Of a stretch of DNA of 36,603 nucleotides, positions 26,879 to 35,657 are shown in pieces. Each line of letters opens with the position of its first letter. Position 1 is the stretch's first letter. Under the pieces are notes generated by a model. That model saw nothing but the letters and a program-made list of their open reading frames with translations. It ran no database searches and was not told where the DNA came from. The position numbers and the translations under genes were made by a program. The stretch is from the NCBI GenBank assembly GCA_964345695.1, contig CAYFSC010000004.1, forward strand, positions 1 through 36,603, read 5' to 3'. This DNA is from an uncultured Rhodothermales bacterium. GTDB taxonomy: Bacteria; Bacteroidota; Rhodothermia; Rhodothermales; Salinibacteraceae.

Positions 26879-27466
26879 TTATCGGACCGACTCCGAAACG
26901 TAGGGCATGAGGGCCAAGTGGCGTGCTCGCTTGATGGCCTGCGTCACCTGGCGCTGCATCTTGGCCGAAAGATCGGTGACGCGACGAGGCAGGATCTTGC
27001 CCTGGTTGTTAATGTACTGCTCGAGCTTTTCGGTGTCTTTGTAGTCGACGTACTCGACGGTCTCGTCGCTGTACGAAAGGGACGGTACGCCCTCGCTCTC
27101 CTCTTCATCGGCGCCCTCGTCGTCGTCCGTCGAACGCTGGGCCTGCTTGCGGTAGTGGCGCTGCATCTTCGCGTCCATGCGCAGCGTGAGGTACCGGAGC
27201 ACCTCATCGTTGATCTGAAGCTGACGCTCTACCTTCGGGACCAGAGCGCCGGGTCCCCTAAAGTAGACGTTTACGAAGTAGCCGCTGCGCTTCTTGTCGA
27301 TCTCGTAGGCAAGACGCTGGTTGCCCCATTCGTCCACCTCGAGTACGTCGCCGCTGTTGCTCTCGACGAACTGGTTGATCTTGCGGACGATGTCGTCCAC
27401 CTGATTTTGCTGAGCTACGCCGCTGATGGCGTACATCAGCTCGTACTGGTACGTATTCTGATCCAT
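26879..27466 (-). CDS. rpsF: fused 30S ribosomal proteins S6 and S18 (bS6 N-terminal part, acidic linker, bS18 C-terminal part) in one ORF
   Basis: Continuous 195-codon ORF. Residues 1 to about 112 are S6-like (YELMYAISG.., [32 protein letters not shown]). Residues about 135-195 are S18-like ([43 protein letters not shown]). Followed by rplI. Confidence 0.85.
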   Translation of the reverse strand: MDQNTYQYELMYAISGVAQQNQVDDIVRKINQFVESNSGDVLEVDEWGNQRLAYEIDKKRSGYFVNVYFRGPGALVPKVERQLQINDEVLRYLTLRMDAKMQRHYRKQAQRSTDDDEGADEEESEGVPSLSYSDETVEYVDYKDTEKLEQYINNQGKILPRRVTDLSAKMQRQVTQAIKRARHLALMPYVSESVR

Positions 27467-27680
27467 GTTGAGTTGAGTTCCCTGTGGAATGAAAAACGCT
27501 CATGCCCCCATCGTCTGCGTCGCGGACGACGGACCTGGGAGCAGGGGATGCTGTCCAAACGTGGTCAACGGTTCTCAGGCGACAGAGTGGCACGCCGTCG
27601 ATGAAAAGGGAGTGAGAAGTCGAAGTCACCGGAGGAGAAGGACGCGACACCCGGGCACGCGCGCAGGCTGGTCTTCTTGC

Positions 27681-29723
27681 CTACTCCTTCCCTCCCGGCA
27701 CGACCCAGTCCCAAATCGCCGCGGCGCGTTCCATCACGCGGTCGCGGTCGGCCGTGAGCAAGACGCCTTCTTCGATCATCGCGTTGGCGGCCTCTCGCAC
27801 CTCCGCCATGTAGGCGCTCTTGCTGGCGTAGAGGGACGTGGCAGCCGGGCGAGGATCGCCCGAGGCAGCTTTCTCAGCAGGCGTCGCAGGAAGCGGAACG
27901 ACACTGCCGAAGAAGTCGGTCAACTCGTCGTCGTTGCGAACGGCACCGCGGCGCAGGTTCCATGGCATGTATGTGGCCAGCGGGACGCGCGTCTCCACGG
28001 TCTCGATCCCGGCCTGCTCGTTGCCCAGCGCGTCCACCTGCGCCACGAGCGACGGGTAGGCCGGGCCGAGCCGCGGCGGTTGCTGCGTGACCACGCCGTC
28101 TGTGCGGAAGCGAACGCCGTAGTCCGCCCGGTGTGCGGTGTGGACGACGTCCGGCGTGTCGACATTCGGGAGTGCCGGAAAGTCAAGGGTGTCGATGGAC
28201 ACCAGCGTGCCGTCTCCGCGGCGGGGATACCGGCTCGGGGGCGGAGGCGTGCCTCGATCGACCCAACTGATCAGCTGCACGAGCAGCGCCCGGTACACGA
28301 CGCTGTGATCCATCGGATTGCCCCGAAACAGGGCTGGAGCCTGAGTCAGGCGGTTGTCGTCCGGCGGCGGAAAGCGCCACGGGAAGTGCTGCGCGCTAGC
28401 GATGTGGTAGATCCGTTCGCTCTCCAGGGGAGCCACGTCCTCGGTGCCATCGGGCGTGGTATGGATGAGCGACGCGGCACGGCCCCAGTATTCGTAGCCG
28501 GTGTTAACGTACATTGTCTTGGGCCGGTCGTCCGGGTGCTGGCGGGCGAGCAACCCATCGGTGCGCCACTGCAGCGAGTCGAACTGCGCCTGGCTGGTGA
28601 AGGGAAAGAGGTCGGTCGGGTACTCGAACGCCGAGAACCGGTGGGCATCGCGCGAGGGCTGAGCAAACCGGTGGTTAAAGCTGCCGCGCCCTGCCCCCGC
28701 CGTAATGGCGAGAAGCCCGTCGTAGGCCTTCCGCCCCTGCTCGTCGGTGTTGAATCCCTGGTACAGAAAATGACGGAGGAACCGGCCCGTCTGCGACACG
28801 CCGACCGCGAGCCCCTGATCGACCGGAAACAGAGCTTTCGGATCGTATTTCGCGTAGCTGATAATGTCTCGTATGGCCGCGAGGCCCAGCCCCACGACCC
28901 GCGGATTTTGGGAACGGTAGACGCATTCGTAGATCTTGCCCCCCTCAAAACCGTCCTCCAGATGGACGTGCGTGCTGTCGGATACGAGGGTTCCGGCCGT
29001 GTCGCGCCGCGCAAACGACCACTGATCGCGCGGAATGATGCGTCGCGGGGCGCCACGATCGGCACGGACCGTAAGCACGTTGTCGGGATGGTCGAAGTTG
29101 GCTGCCCGATAGGCGTAGTGGCCGCGGTGGCCTAGGGCGAGCACGTCGGTCGTGTCGTCCACCACCCAGTCGCTGCGAACCCGGCCGAAGATCGTGGAAC
29201 CGTCGGCGTGGCGGGCGATGGGCACGCGCAGTCGGAGCCGCCCCTCGTCGCGCGGGACGTCCCACTGCCACCCGACCCAGATCACCGTGAGGCCGGCGTC
29301 CATCAGAAGACCATCGCCGAAGGCATCGGGGGCGCTCGGGTCGAGCGATGCGGTGGCCCGGTTGAAGTACGGCAGCGTAAATTTGCCGCCTCGATTGCTC
29401 ACCTCGACAAGAGCCAGGCGGCGGCGTTTTTCGGGATCGACGGGCTGCAGCACCGCGAAGTTGGCCCACGCCCGAACGTGGCCGGCCGTGTCGCGGGGCG
29501 CCCGCTCCAGGTCCACGATCCGGTCATTTACGGGATCCGACGGGTCGAACGCGAAATACACCCGTCCCTCGATCAACTCGTACGCCCCGAACGCCCCAAA
29601 GGACGCCCCGTCCAGCACTTCGGTCCGCCGGTCCACCTCCACACGCACGACTCGCGCCTCCGCCCCCGAGGGCACCATACAACCGAGCAGAAGCGCGAGG
29701 AACCAGAACCGAATGAACGTCAT
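27681..29723 (-). CDS. secreted hypothetical protein, putative alpha/beta-hydrolase-domain family
   Basis: Track ORF 27681..29873 trimmed to Met51 (MTFIRFWFLALLLGCMVPSGAEA, signal peptide). About 680 aa. Candidate nucleophile motif GVSQTGRFL. From memory, the N-terminal pattern FGAFGAYELIEGRVYFAFDPSDPVNDRIVDL..APR resembles uncharacterised 'alpha/beta hydrolase domain-containing' proteins. Not verified. Confidence 0.7.
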   Translation of the reverse strand: MTFIRFWFLALLLGCMVPSGAEARVVRVEVDRRTEVLDGASFGAFGAYELIEGRVYFAFDPSDPVNDRIVDLERAPRDTAGHVRAWANFAVLQPVDPEKRRRLALVEVSNRGGKFTLPYFNRATASLDPSAPDAFGDGLLMDAGLTVIWVGWQWDVPRDEGRLRLRVPIARHADGSTIFGRVRSDWVVDDTTDVLALGHRGHYAYRAANFDHPDNVLTVRADRGAPRRIIPRDQWSFARRDTAGTLVSDSTHVHLEDGFEGGKIYECVYRSQNPRVVGLGLAAIRDIISYAKYDPKALFPVDQGLAVGVSQTGRFLRHFLYQGFNTDEQGRKAYDGLLAITAGAGRGSFNHRFAQPSRDAHRFSAFEYPTDLFPFTSQAQFDSLQWRTDGLLARQHPDDRPKTMYVNTGYEYWGRAASLIHTTPDGTEDVAPLESERIYHIASAQHFPWRFPPPDDNRLTQAPALFRGNPMDHSVVYRALLVQLISWVDRGTPPPPSRYPRRGDGTLVSIDTLDFPALPNVDTPDVVHTAHRADYGVRFRTDGVVTQQPPRLGPAYPSLVAQVDALGNEQAGIETVETRVPLATYMPWNLRRGAVRNDDELTDFFGSVVPLPATPAEKAASGDPRPAATSLYASKSAYMAEVREAANAMIEEGVLLTADRDRVMERAAAIWDWVVPGGKE

Positions 29724-29983
29724 CACGGGGACGAGGTCGTGAGGCAGGAATGGGGGGCAATATAGGCAAGCTCCACAGAAACACACACCCCGAACGGGGA
29801 CGGGCGAGTTCGGGCGCGGCGTGAGGATCGTCCAGCGTTCCAACACGTACGTGTAAGCACATAAAGGCTGCATGCAGGTATTCGCGTGTTCCGTTCCGCT
29901 CTCACGGTCTGTTGAGCGATGGGTGTACCGCTGCTCCCTGCGACGCCCCCCGTCCTGTTCCGCACCGCAACCGCTGCCTCCTG

Positions 29984-30916
29984 ATGTCTGATGCTCGCCT
30001 CCCTTCCGGCGTTTTCGCGGCCTGCCTGACCCCGTTTCACACCGACGGGTTTATCGACCACCAGGCGTTCATCGAGCACGCGCACGCCCTTTTCGACAGC
30101 GGCTGCGACGGTCTGTTGCTGTTTGGCACGACGGGTGAAGGCTTGTCGCTGGCCGTCGACGAGCGCCGGGATACGCTCGACGCGCTATTGGAGGCCGACC
30201 TGCCGGCCGAGAAGCTGCTCGTTGGGACCGGCGCCCTGGCGCTCCCCGACATGGTGCACATGACCCTGCATGCCACAAAGCGCGGCGTAGGAGGCGTGCT
30301 CATTCCCCCTCCGTTCCACTACCGGAGCATCTCGACCGAGGGCATTTTCCGGGTGTACGATCAGTTGATTCAGCGCGTTGGGCACCCGATGCTGCGCCTT
30401 TACTTTTACCACTTTCCACAGCTTTTCGGCGTATCCGTCCCATTCGACGTGATCCAGCGACTGCTGGACGCCTACCCGTCTCAGGTGGCGGGCATCAAAG
30501 ATTCGAGCGGAGAGTGGGATCACACCGAGGCGCTCTGCCGCGACTTTACGGACCTGCAGGTCTTTGCCGGCAGCGAACGGTTTCTGCTGCCCACCCTGGA
30601 GGCCGGCGGGGCCGGATGCATCTCGGCAACAGCCAACGTGACCGCCCCGCTGGCGGCGCAGGTTCTGAAGGCGTGGCGCGACGGCGGCGACGCGGCCTCC
30701 GTCCAAGAGACGCTGACCGAAGTGCGGACTTCCTTCGCACCGTTGCCTACCATTCCGGCTCTGAAAGAGATTCTCGCCCGTCGCCATGACGCGCCGAGCT
30801 GGGCGACCGTGCGTCCGCCTCTCGACCCACTGTCGGACGAAGATCTCGATGGGCTTCGCGAAGTGGTGCAGCTGGTCGCCGACACGGCACCGGCCCCGAA
30901 GGCTACGGCAAGCTGA
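29984..30916 (+). CDS. dihydrodipicolinate synthase/N-acetylneuraminate lyase family class I aldolase (DapA-like)
   Basis: Track ORF 29912 trimmed to Met25 (MSDARLPSGVFAACLTPF). GTTGE motif (LFGTTGEGLSL) and Schiff-base Lys context VAGIKDSSG. The substrate cannot be called. Confidence 0.85.
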   Translation: MSDARLPSGVFAACLTPFHTDGFIDHQAFIEHAHALFDSGCDGLLLFGTTGEGLSLAVDERRDTLDALLEADLPAEKLLVGTGALALPDMVHMTLHATKRGVGGVLIPPPFHYRSISTEGIFRVYDQLIQRVGHPMLRLYFYHFPQLFGVSVPFDVIQRLLDAYPSQVAGIKDSSGEWDHTEALCRDFTDLQVFAGSERFLLPTLEAGGAGCISATANVTAPLAAQVLKAWRDGGDAASVQETLTEVRTSFAPLPTIPALKEILARRHDAPSWATVRPPLDPLSDEDLDGLREVVQLVADTAPAPKATAS

Positions 30917-30927
30917 TCGTCCTGCGG

Positions 30928-31215
30928 TTACGGCTGCTGCGGCACCACCTGCCCGTCGGGGGTGATCCGCTCGTTCGGCCCCGGCTTCTGCGTGGGGAAC
31001 CGGCTGACGGGAACGTCCATGTTACGGTCTTTGGGGACGTAATGGACGTGGTCGCCATGCGGAACTTGCTCGAAGCGCTGTCCGCGATACGGGTTGACAA
31101 CCTGCCACATTAGGTAGCCAAAGAAGACAAGCGCCGCCGCAGCCACGATCCATTTCCGGACCGAACGCGAGGATGACGCCTCGGTGTCTGATGGGGAAGA
31201 AGCCTCTGCATTCAT
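30928..31215 (-). CDS. small membrane-anchored protein with a histidine-triad (HxxHxH) motif
   Basis: Track ORF 30928..31293 trimmed to Met27 (MNAEASS..). One TM helix (WIVAAAALVFFGYLMW) followed by HGDHVHYVPKD. Confidence 0.6.
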   Translation of the reverse strand: MNAEASSPSDTEASSSRSVRKWIVAAAALVFFGYLMWQVVNPYRGQRFEQVPHGDHVHYVPKDRNMDVPVSRFPTQKPGPNERITPDGQVVPQQP

Positions 31216-31289
31216 GAGCCCAATACGGGAGCATCTGCCGGAAACACGCAGCCGTATAACCGAAGCGCGGCGGTCCAGGTTCTCGTCCC

Positions 31290-31850
31290 TCACCCCTTCA
31301 TGCGAGGAAGCGTGATGCCTTCCTGGTGCTGATACTTGCCCTCTTTGTCTGCGTACGACACCTCGGGCACCTCGCCCCGCAGAAACACGACTTGGGCGAT
31401 GCCTTCCTCGGCATAGACCTTGGCGGGAAGCGGCGTGGCATTGCCAATCTCGATGGTGACGTAGCCCTCCCAGCCGGGCTCCAGGGGCGTCACGTTCACA
31501 ATGATGCCCGATCGCGCATACGTGGACTTGCCGAGGACCACGCCGAGCACGTCGGCCGGCATCCGGAAGCGCTCGACCGATCGCCCGAGCACGTAGGAGT
31601 TGGGGGGAATCAGGATGTGATCGTCCGTCTCGTACTCAATCATCGCCCGCTCGTCGATGCGCTTCGGGTCGACGACGCTGTTGTACACGTTGGGCGTGAA
31701 GACGCGAAACTCGCTGGCGATCCGCATGTCGTAGCCGAACGAGCTGAGGCCGTAACTGATCACGTCATCGGCCACTTGGCCGTCCGTGAAGGGCTCAATC
31801 ATGTCGTGCTCCACGGCCAGCGAGCGAATGGTATGGTCGGGCAGGATCAT
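31290..31850 (-). CDS. dcd: dCTP deaminase
   Basis: Track ORF 31290..32312 trimmed to Met155 ([11 protein letters not shown]..). [30 protein letters not shown]. 186 aa, typical for Dcd. Confidence 0.92.
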   Translation of the reverse strand: MILPDHTIRSLAVEHDMIEPFTDGQVADDVISYGLSSFGYDMRIASEFRVFTPNVYNSVVDPKRIDERAMIEYETDDHILIPPNSYVLGRSVERFRMPADVLGVVLGKSTYARSGIIVNVTPLEPGWEGYVTIEIGNATPLPAKVYAEEGIAQVVFLRGEVPEVSYADKEGKYQHQEGITLPRMKG

Positions 31851-31918
31851 GCAGGCGGTACGGAGATGGGCGGGAACAATGCCCTCACAGTAAAGCGGAA
31901 TCGCATCCCATCCGCAAC

Positions 31919-32725
31919 CTACTGCTCGTCTTCCGGGATTTCGCGGACGACCCGAAAGCCGATCATCAGGCTGCCGGTGTCGCCGCGCGTCCAGGCTCGG
32001 TTGGCGGCCCGCATGTCTTTTTTGATGCTGAGCCACCCGCCGCCGCGGATGATGCGCGCATTGTTGTCTTGGTCGTTCTTGGGGTCGACCGTGGGGCTGA
32101 AGCGGTAGAACAGGGGATTGTACGTGTCCTGCACCCACTCCCAGACGTTGCCGTGAATGTCGTGGAGCCCAAAGGAATTTGCCTTCTTCCGACCCGCCGG
32201 CCACGTGTGCTCCTCCGAGTTGGCGTTGTACCAGGCGTGCGCCTTCAGCGCGTCGTCCGAGGCTCCAAACGAGAAGGGCGTTTGGGTGCCGGCCCGCGCC
32301 GCGTATTCCCATTCAGCCTCGGTGGGAAGTCGGTAAAGATCTACGCCCTCCTTCTGGTTGAGGCTGTCGATGAAGGCCTGCGCGTCGAACCACGTCACGC
32401 GCTCAACCGGGTGAAAGGGCTCCTGGAACCGGCTGGGATTCTGGTCCATCAGCTGGTTCCACTGCTGCTGTGTGACCTCCAGCGTGCTCATGTAGAACGG
32501 CTCGCTGATCCGCACTTCGTGAACCGGTGCCTCATCATCCTGGCCCGTCTCGGATCCCATCTGGTAGGTGCCAGCAGGGATGCGAGCGAAGCGCATGTTG
32601 ACCGCGTTGACGAAGGCCTCCTCGGATGTCCTGTCTGTGGTTTGGACGTCCGATGGATCCGACTGATCACAACCCATCAGGGCTACGATCAGCAGGGGGC
32701 CCAAAGTCATCAAAAAATATCGCAC
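31919..32725 (-). CDS. formylglycine-generating-enzyme (SUMF1/EgtB/PvdO) domain lipoprotein
   Basis: Lipobox [44 protein letters not shown] start at 32725, or an ATG at 32710. Confidence 0.85.
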   Translation of the reverse strand: MRYFLMTLGPLLIVALMGCDQSDPSDVQTTDRTSEEAFVNAVNMRFARIPAGTYQMGSETGQDDEAPVHEVRISEPFYMSTLEVTQQQWNQLMDQNPSRFQEPFHPVERVTWFDAQAFIDSLNQKEGVDLYRLPTEAEWEYAARAGTQTPFSFGASDDALKAHAWYNANSEEHTWPAGRKKANSFGLHDIHGNVWEWVQDTYNPLFYRFSPTVDPKNDQDNNARIIRGGGWLSIKKDMRAANRAWTRGDTGSLMIGFRVVREIPEDEQ

Positions 32726-32847
32726 GGCAGATCACGGGGGTCTGTGTATGGGAGGCGCGATGGGCACCCCGCTCGCCGGATCGGGAAGACAGGTCGCAGG
32801 AACCGAGCGAACGGGTGCCCGGATGCGACAGGAGCCGGTCGGCACCC

Positions 32848-33525
32848 TCAGGACAGCGGCTTGACCTCACGCCTCCCCTCGCGGAGGAGACGCCGGGCGT
32901 CCGGGCCGTAGTTGAAGACCGCGTCCATAGCCGACATGTCGGGTTCGAATCCCTCGAAGTTTTGTCGGTAGGTAGGATGGTCGAACCGGTGCACATGCAC
33001 CTGGGGCGCGGCGTCGGCGTCGTGGTCGGCAACACCGTCCGGGGCGACGAGGGTATCGGCGCCGACGGCGCTCAGGAGATCCGCCACCGTGTCGGGCTGC
33101 CCCTCCAACTCCGAGGCACGGGTGATGCGGGTATTGAGGTCGAGCAGTTCGGCGGTGAGTTCGACCGAGCGACAGGTGCAGGGGCCCAACCGCTGCCAGT
33201 CCTGCTCGAAGAACGGCTGGAAGGTGTCTTCGAAAAACTCGAAGTACATCGTCGAGCGATAGTTGTACATGAAGGCCCGCCAGTGTCGCTCTCGCCAGCG
33301 CTTGTCGTTATCGTCGATGACCGCCTCTCGGAGGGTCCGCCCATGCTGGTGAAAGAGCGGGACGGTGATCCACTGCCATCCGTTCGGGTTCCGCAATTTG
33401 CTACGGTTCTGGAACGTTTGCTTGCTGTACTGGAACGTGTCGGCGAGCACGAAGTGATCCACGTGCATTAACAGACTGGTGTATGCAAGGCGTGGAAAAT
33501 ACTCCGGAGGACGGATGGCGATCAT
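32848..33525 (-). CDS. WbqC-like family protein
   Basis: MIAIRPPEYFPRLAYTSLLMHVDHFVLADTFQYSKQTFQNRSKLRNPNGWQWITVPL matches the characteristic WbqC-family N-terminal pattern, recalled from memory. Confidence 0.75.
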   Translation of the reverse strand: MIAIRPPEYFPRLAYTSLLMHVDHFVLADTFQYSKQTFQNRSKLRNPNGWQWITVPLFHQHGRTLREAVIDDNDKRWRERHWRAFMYNYRSTMYFEFFEDTFQPFFEQDWQRLGPCTCRSVELTAELLDLNTRITRASELEGQPDTVADLLSAVGADTLVAPDGVADHDADAAPQVHVHRFDHPTYRQNFEGFEPDMSAMDAVFNYGPDARRLLREGRREVKPLS

Positions 33526-33697
33526 AAGCGAGACGTCCGGATTTGTGGGGCAATGCGGATGCGGGGACTTGAAACATCGACACCGGAGTCCGCTCCTGCA
33601 AATTACGGGGATTCATCCGCGCGCCGCTCAAAAATGGGATCGACCTTTCAAGAAGGTTCACTCACATTCACCGTCTTTTGACGTATTATTTGCGTGA

Positions 33698-34630
33698 ATG
33701 GACCGTTCGGTTCCGATCGCCGGAGCCGTGGTTTCCGATGGCGTACTCTTCGCGACTGTTTTTCTGATCATGTCTTCCACCGAAACCCCCTCGGACGTCC
33801 AGGAGTCGATCGATCTCCTCTTCCAATTCGCATTCTGGCTGTTCGCGGGCTCCATCGCGTTCAGCATTGCCGGCATGCTGTTCCTGAAGCTCGTGCCGTC
33901 GTCGATGGAGATTTTCGGGCCCATCTACACGAAGCTCGTCAAGACCCCGACGTGGACGTTCATGACCATGCTGGGCATTCTGCCGCTGCTCATGTACGGC
34001 CCGTCGCTCGGATGGAAGCGGATGACGTTCTTCGCGGGCTGGGGGTGCATCATCGGCGGGGCGAGTGAGCTCATCGGGACGACCGGCTGGGCCACGGTGG
34101 GCGGCATTCCCCTTCCGTTCGGCGCCTACGAATACACGTCGTGGCTCGGCCCGAAGTTGGCAGGACACGTGCCCTACTTTATCCCTCCGTCCTGGTTTGC
34201 GATGTCGATTGTTTCTCTCGACCTGGCTCGACGCCTCTCAACCGGCCGCTGGGGCGCCATCGGCTTGGGGACTCTCTTTATGGTTCTTTGGGATGTGTCT
34301 CTGGATCCTGCCATGAGCCTCGCCTTCCCGTTTTGGTCGTACGGCGTCGAAGGATTCTTCTTCGGGATGCCACTGTCGAATTGGATAGGGTGGGCGGTAG
34401 TGACGCTGATCATTTTGATCGGCTACGAGTTCATTGGGGGCGGGCTGGATACGACCGATCCCCGGGCCCCGTGGGTGTACCTTCTGAATTGCATCTTTCC
34501 CCTCTCCATTTCGGCCCTCCAGGGCTTCTACGCTGCCGCCTTCTTCGGAGTGCTGGCGACGGCCATCCCATTCTTGGCGCTTTGGTGGACCCGCCGCTTG
34601 CACCGCCCCTCGCTTGCTCCGGCGGCCTAA
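33698..34630 (+). CDS. cruF: carotenoid biosynthesis membrane protein, CruF-like (DUF422; carotenoid 1,2-hydratase family)
   Basis: About 7 TM helices. WDVSLDPAM, GMPLSNWIGW motif. Directly upstream of crtB on the same strand. Alternative start at Met25 (33770). Confidence 0.7.
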   Translation: MDRSVPIAGAVVSDGVLFATVFLIMSSTETPSDVQESIDLLFQFAFWLFAGSIAFSIAGMLFLKLVPSSMEIFGPIYTKLVKTPTWTFMTMLGILPLLMYGPSLGWKRMTFFAGWGCIIGGASELIGTTGWATVGGIPLPFGAYEYTSWLGPKLAGHVPYFIPPSWFAMSIVSLDLARRLSTGRWGAIGLGTLFMVLWDVSLDPAMSLAFPFWSYGVEGFFFGMPLSNWIGWAVVTLIILIGYEFIGGGLDTTDPRAPWVYLLNCIFPLSISALQGFYAAAFFGVLATAIPFLALWWTRRLHRPSLAPAA

Positions 34631-34663
34631 TCGCGCTTCCTGTGCTTGTCCTTCTCGTGTTTT

Positions 34664-35578
34664 ATGCCGACCGCGACACTAGAAACCCGCTCCGACGAAA
34701 ATCAGTGGATCTGGGAGTCGTTTCGGTACCATTCGCGGACGTTCTCGCTGGCCGCACGCCTGCTTCCGTCCGCCGTGCAGATGTCGGTGGCCACGCTGTA
34801 CCTGTTCTGCCGCCATGTGGACACGATCGCCGACCACCGCGTGACGGAGGTCGGCACGGACCAGGCGCTCGAAGAGGTGCATACCACCCGCCGCGAGTTG
34901 GACGCCACGCTGGCCGGCCATCCGCCGGATGACGATCTGCTGTGGCGTCGTCTTGCAGAGGTCCACGACGAGTACGACCTGCGCCCGGGTCCGCTCTACG
35001 AACTGCTCGACGGGGCGCTCTGGGACCTCAACGGCCGCTCGGTCTACACGCTCGACGATCTGGTGGACTACTCGAACCTCGTCGGCGGAAGCGTCGGGGC
35101 GATGATGCTGCCGTTTCTTGCGCCCGACACCCGCTTCGACGACCTTGAAGCTCCCGCCCGCCACCTGGGCATCGCCATGCAGATCACCAATATCACCCGC
35201 GACGTGGGCGAGGATGCGCAGCGCCTCGGCCGGGTGTATCTCCCGCGCGAATGGATGCGCGAGCACGGTATCGCCGAAGACGACCTCGTCAACGGCCGAG
35301 TTCGGGACACCTACCCGGCGCTCCTCGAACGCGCCATGACAGCGGCGGAGTCCCGCTACGAGCGCGGGTTGAAAGGCGTCAGCGCGCTGCCTGACCGTGT
35401 TCGCGTCGGCATCCGATCTGCCGCGCGTATGTATCGAGAGATCATGAACGAAGTGCGGGCCAACGACTACGACAACCTGAACCATCGTGCCTACACGTCC
35501 TTCGGGCGAAAACTCTGGTTGATTGCGTTCGACACCTACGAGCGCCGCAAGGCCGCCCTCCGATTCGACACCCCTTGA
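34664..35578 (+). CDS. crtB: phytoene synthase (squalene/phytoene synthase family)
   Basis: Track ORF starts at TTG 34646; ATG at 34664. Asp-rich motifs FCRHVDTIADH and ITNITRDVGEDAQRLGRVYLP. Confidence 0.88.
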   Translation: MPTATLETRSDENQWIWESFRYHSRTFSLAARLLPSAVQMSVATLYLFCRHVDTIADHRVTEVGTDQALEEVHTTRRELDATLAGHPPDDDLLWRRLAEVHDEYDLRPGPLYELLDGALWDLNGRSVYTLDDLVDYSNLVGGSVGAMMLPFLAPDTRFDDLEAPARHLGIAMQITNITRDVGEDAQRLGRVYLPREWMREHGIAEDDLVNGRVRDTYPALLERAMTAAESRYERGLKGVSALPDRVRVGIRSAARMYREIMNEVRANDYDNLNHRAYTSFGRKLWLIAFDTYERRKAALRFDTP

Positions 35579-35657
35579 GCCCGCCGGGCGTCGCTTCAGG
35601 GAATCCGAGACGGCTTCCCCCGTTTTTCGCGGGCCCCGAACCTTCCCTCCCCCGCCG

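Noticed and set aside
32942-32952. GGTTCGAATCC, a perfect tRNA T-loop-like string.
   Set aside because: It lies inside the WbqC-like CDS, where it encodes ..GFEP.. on the minus strand. The flanking bases give only 3 of 5 T-stem pairs, and no acceptor, D or anticodon arms can be drawn.
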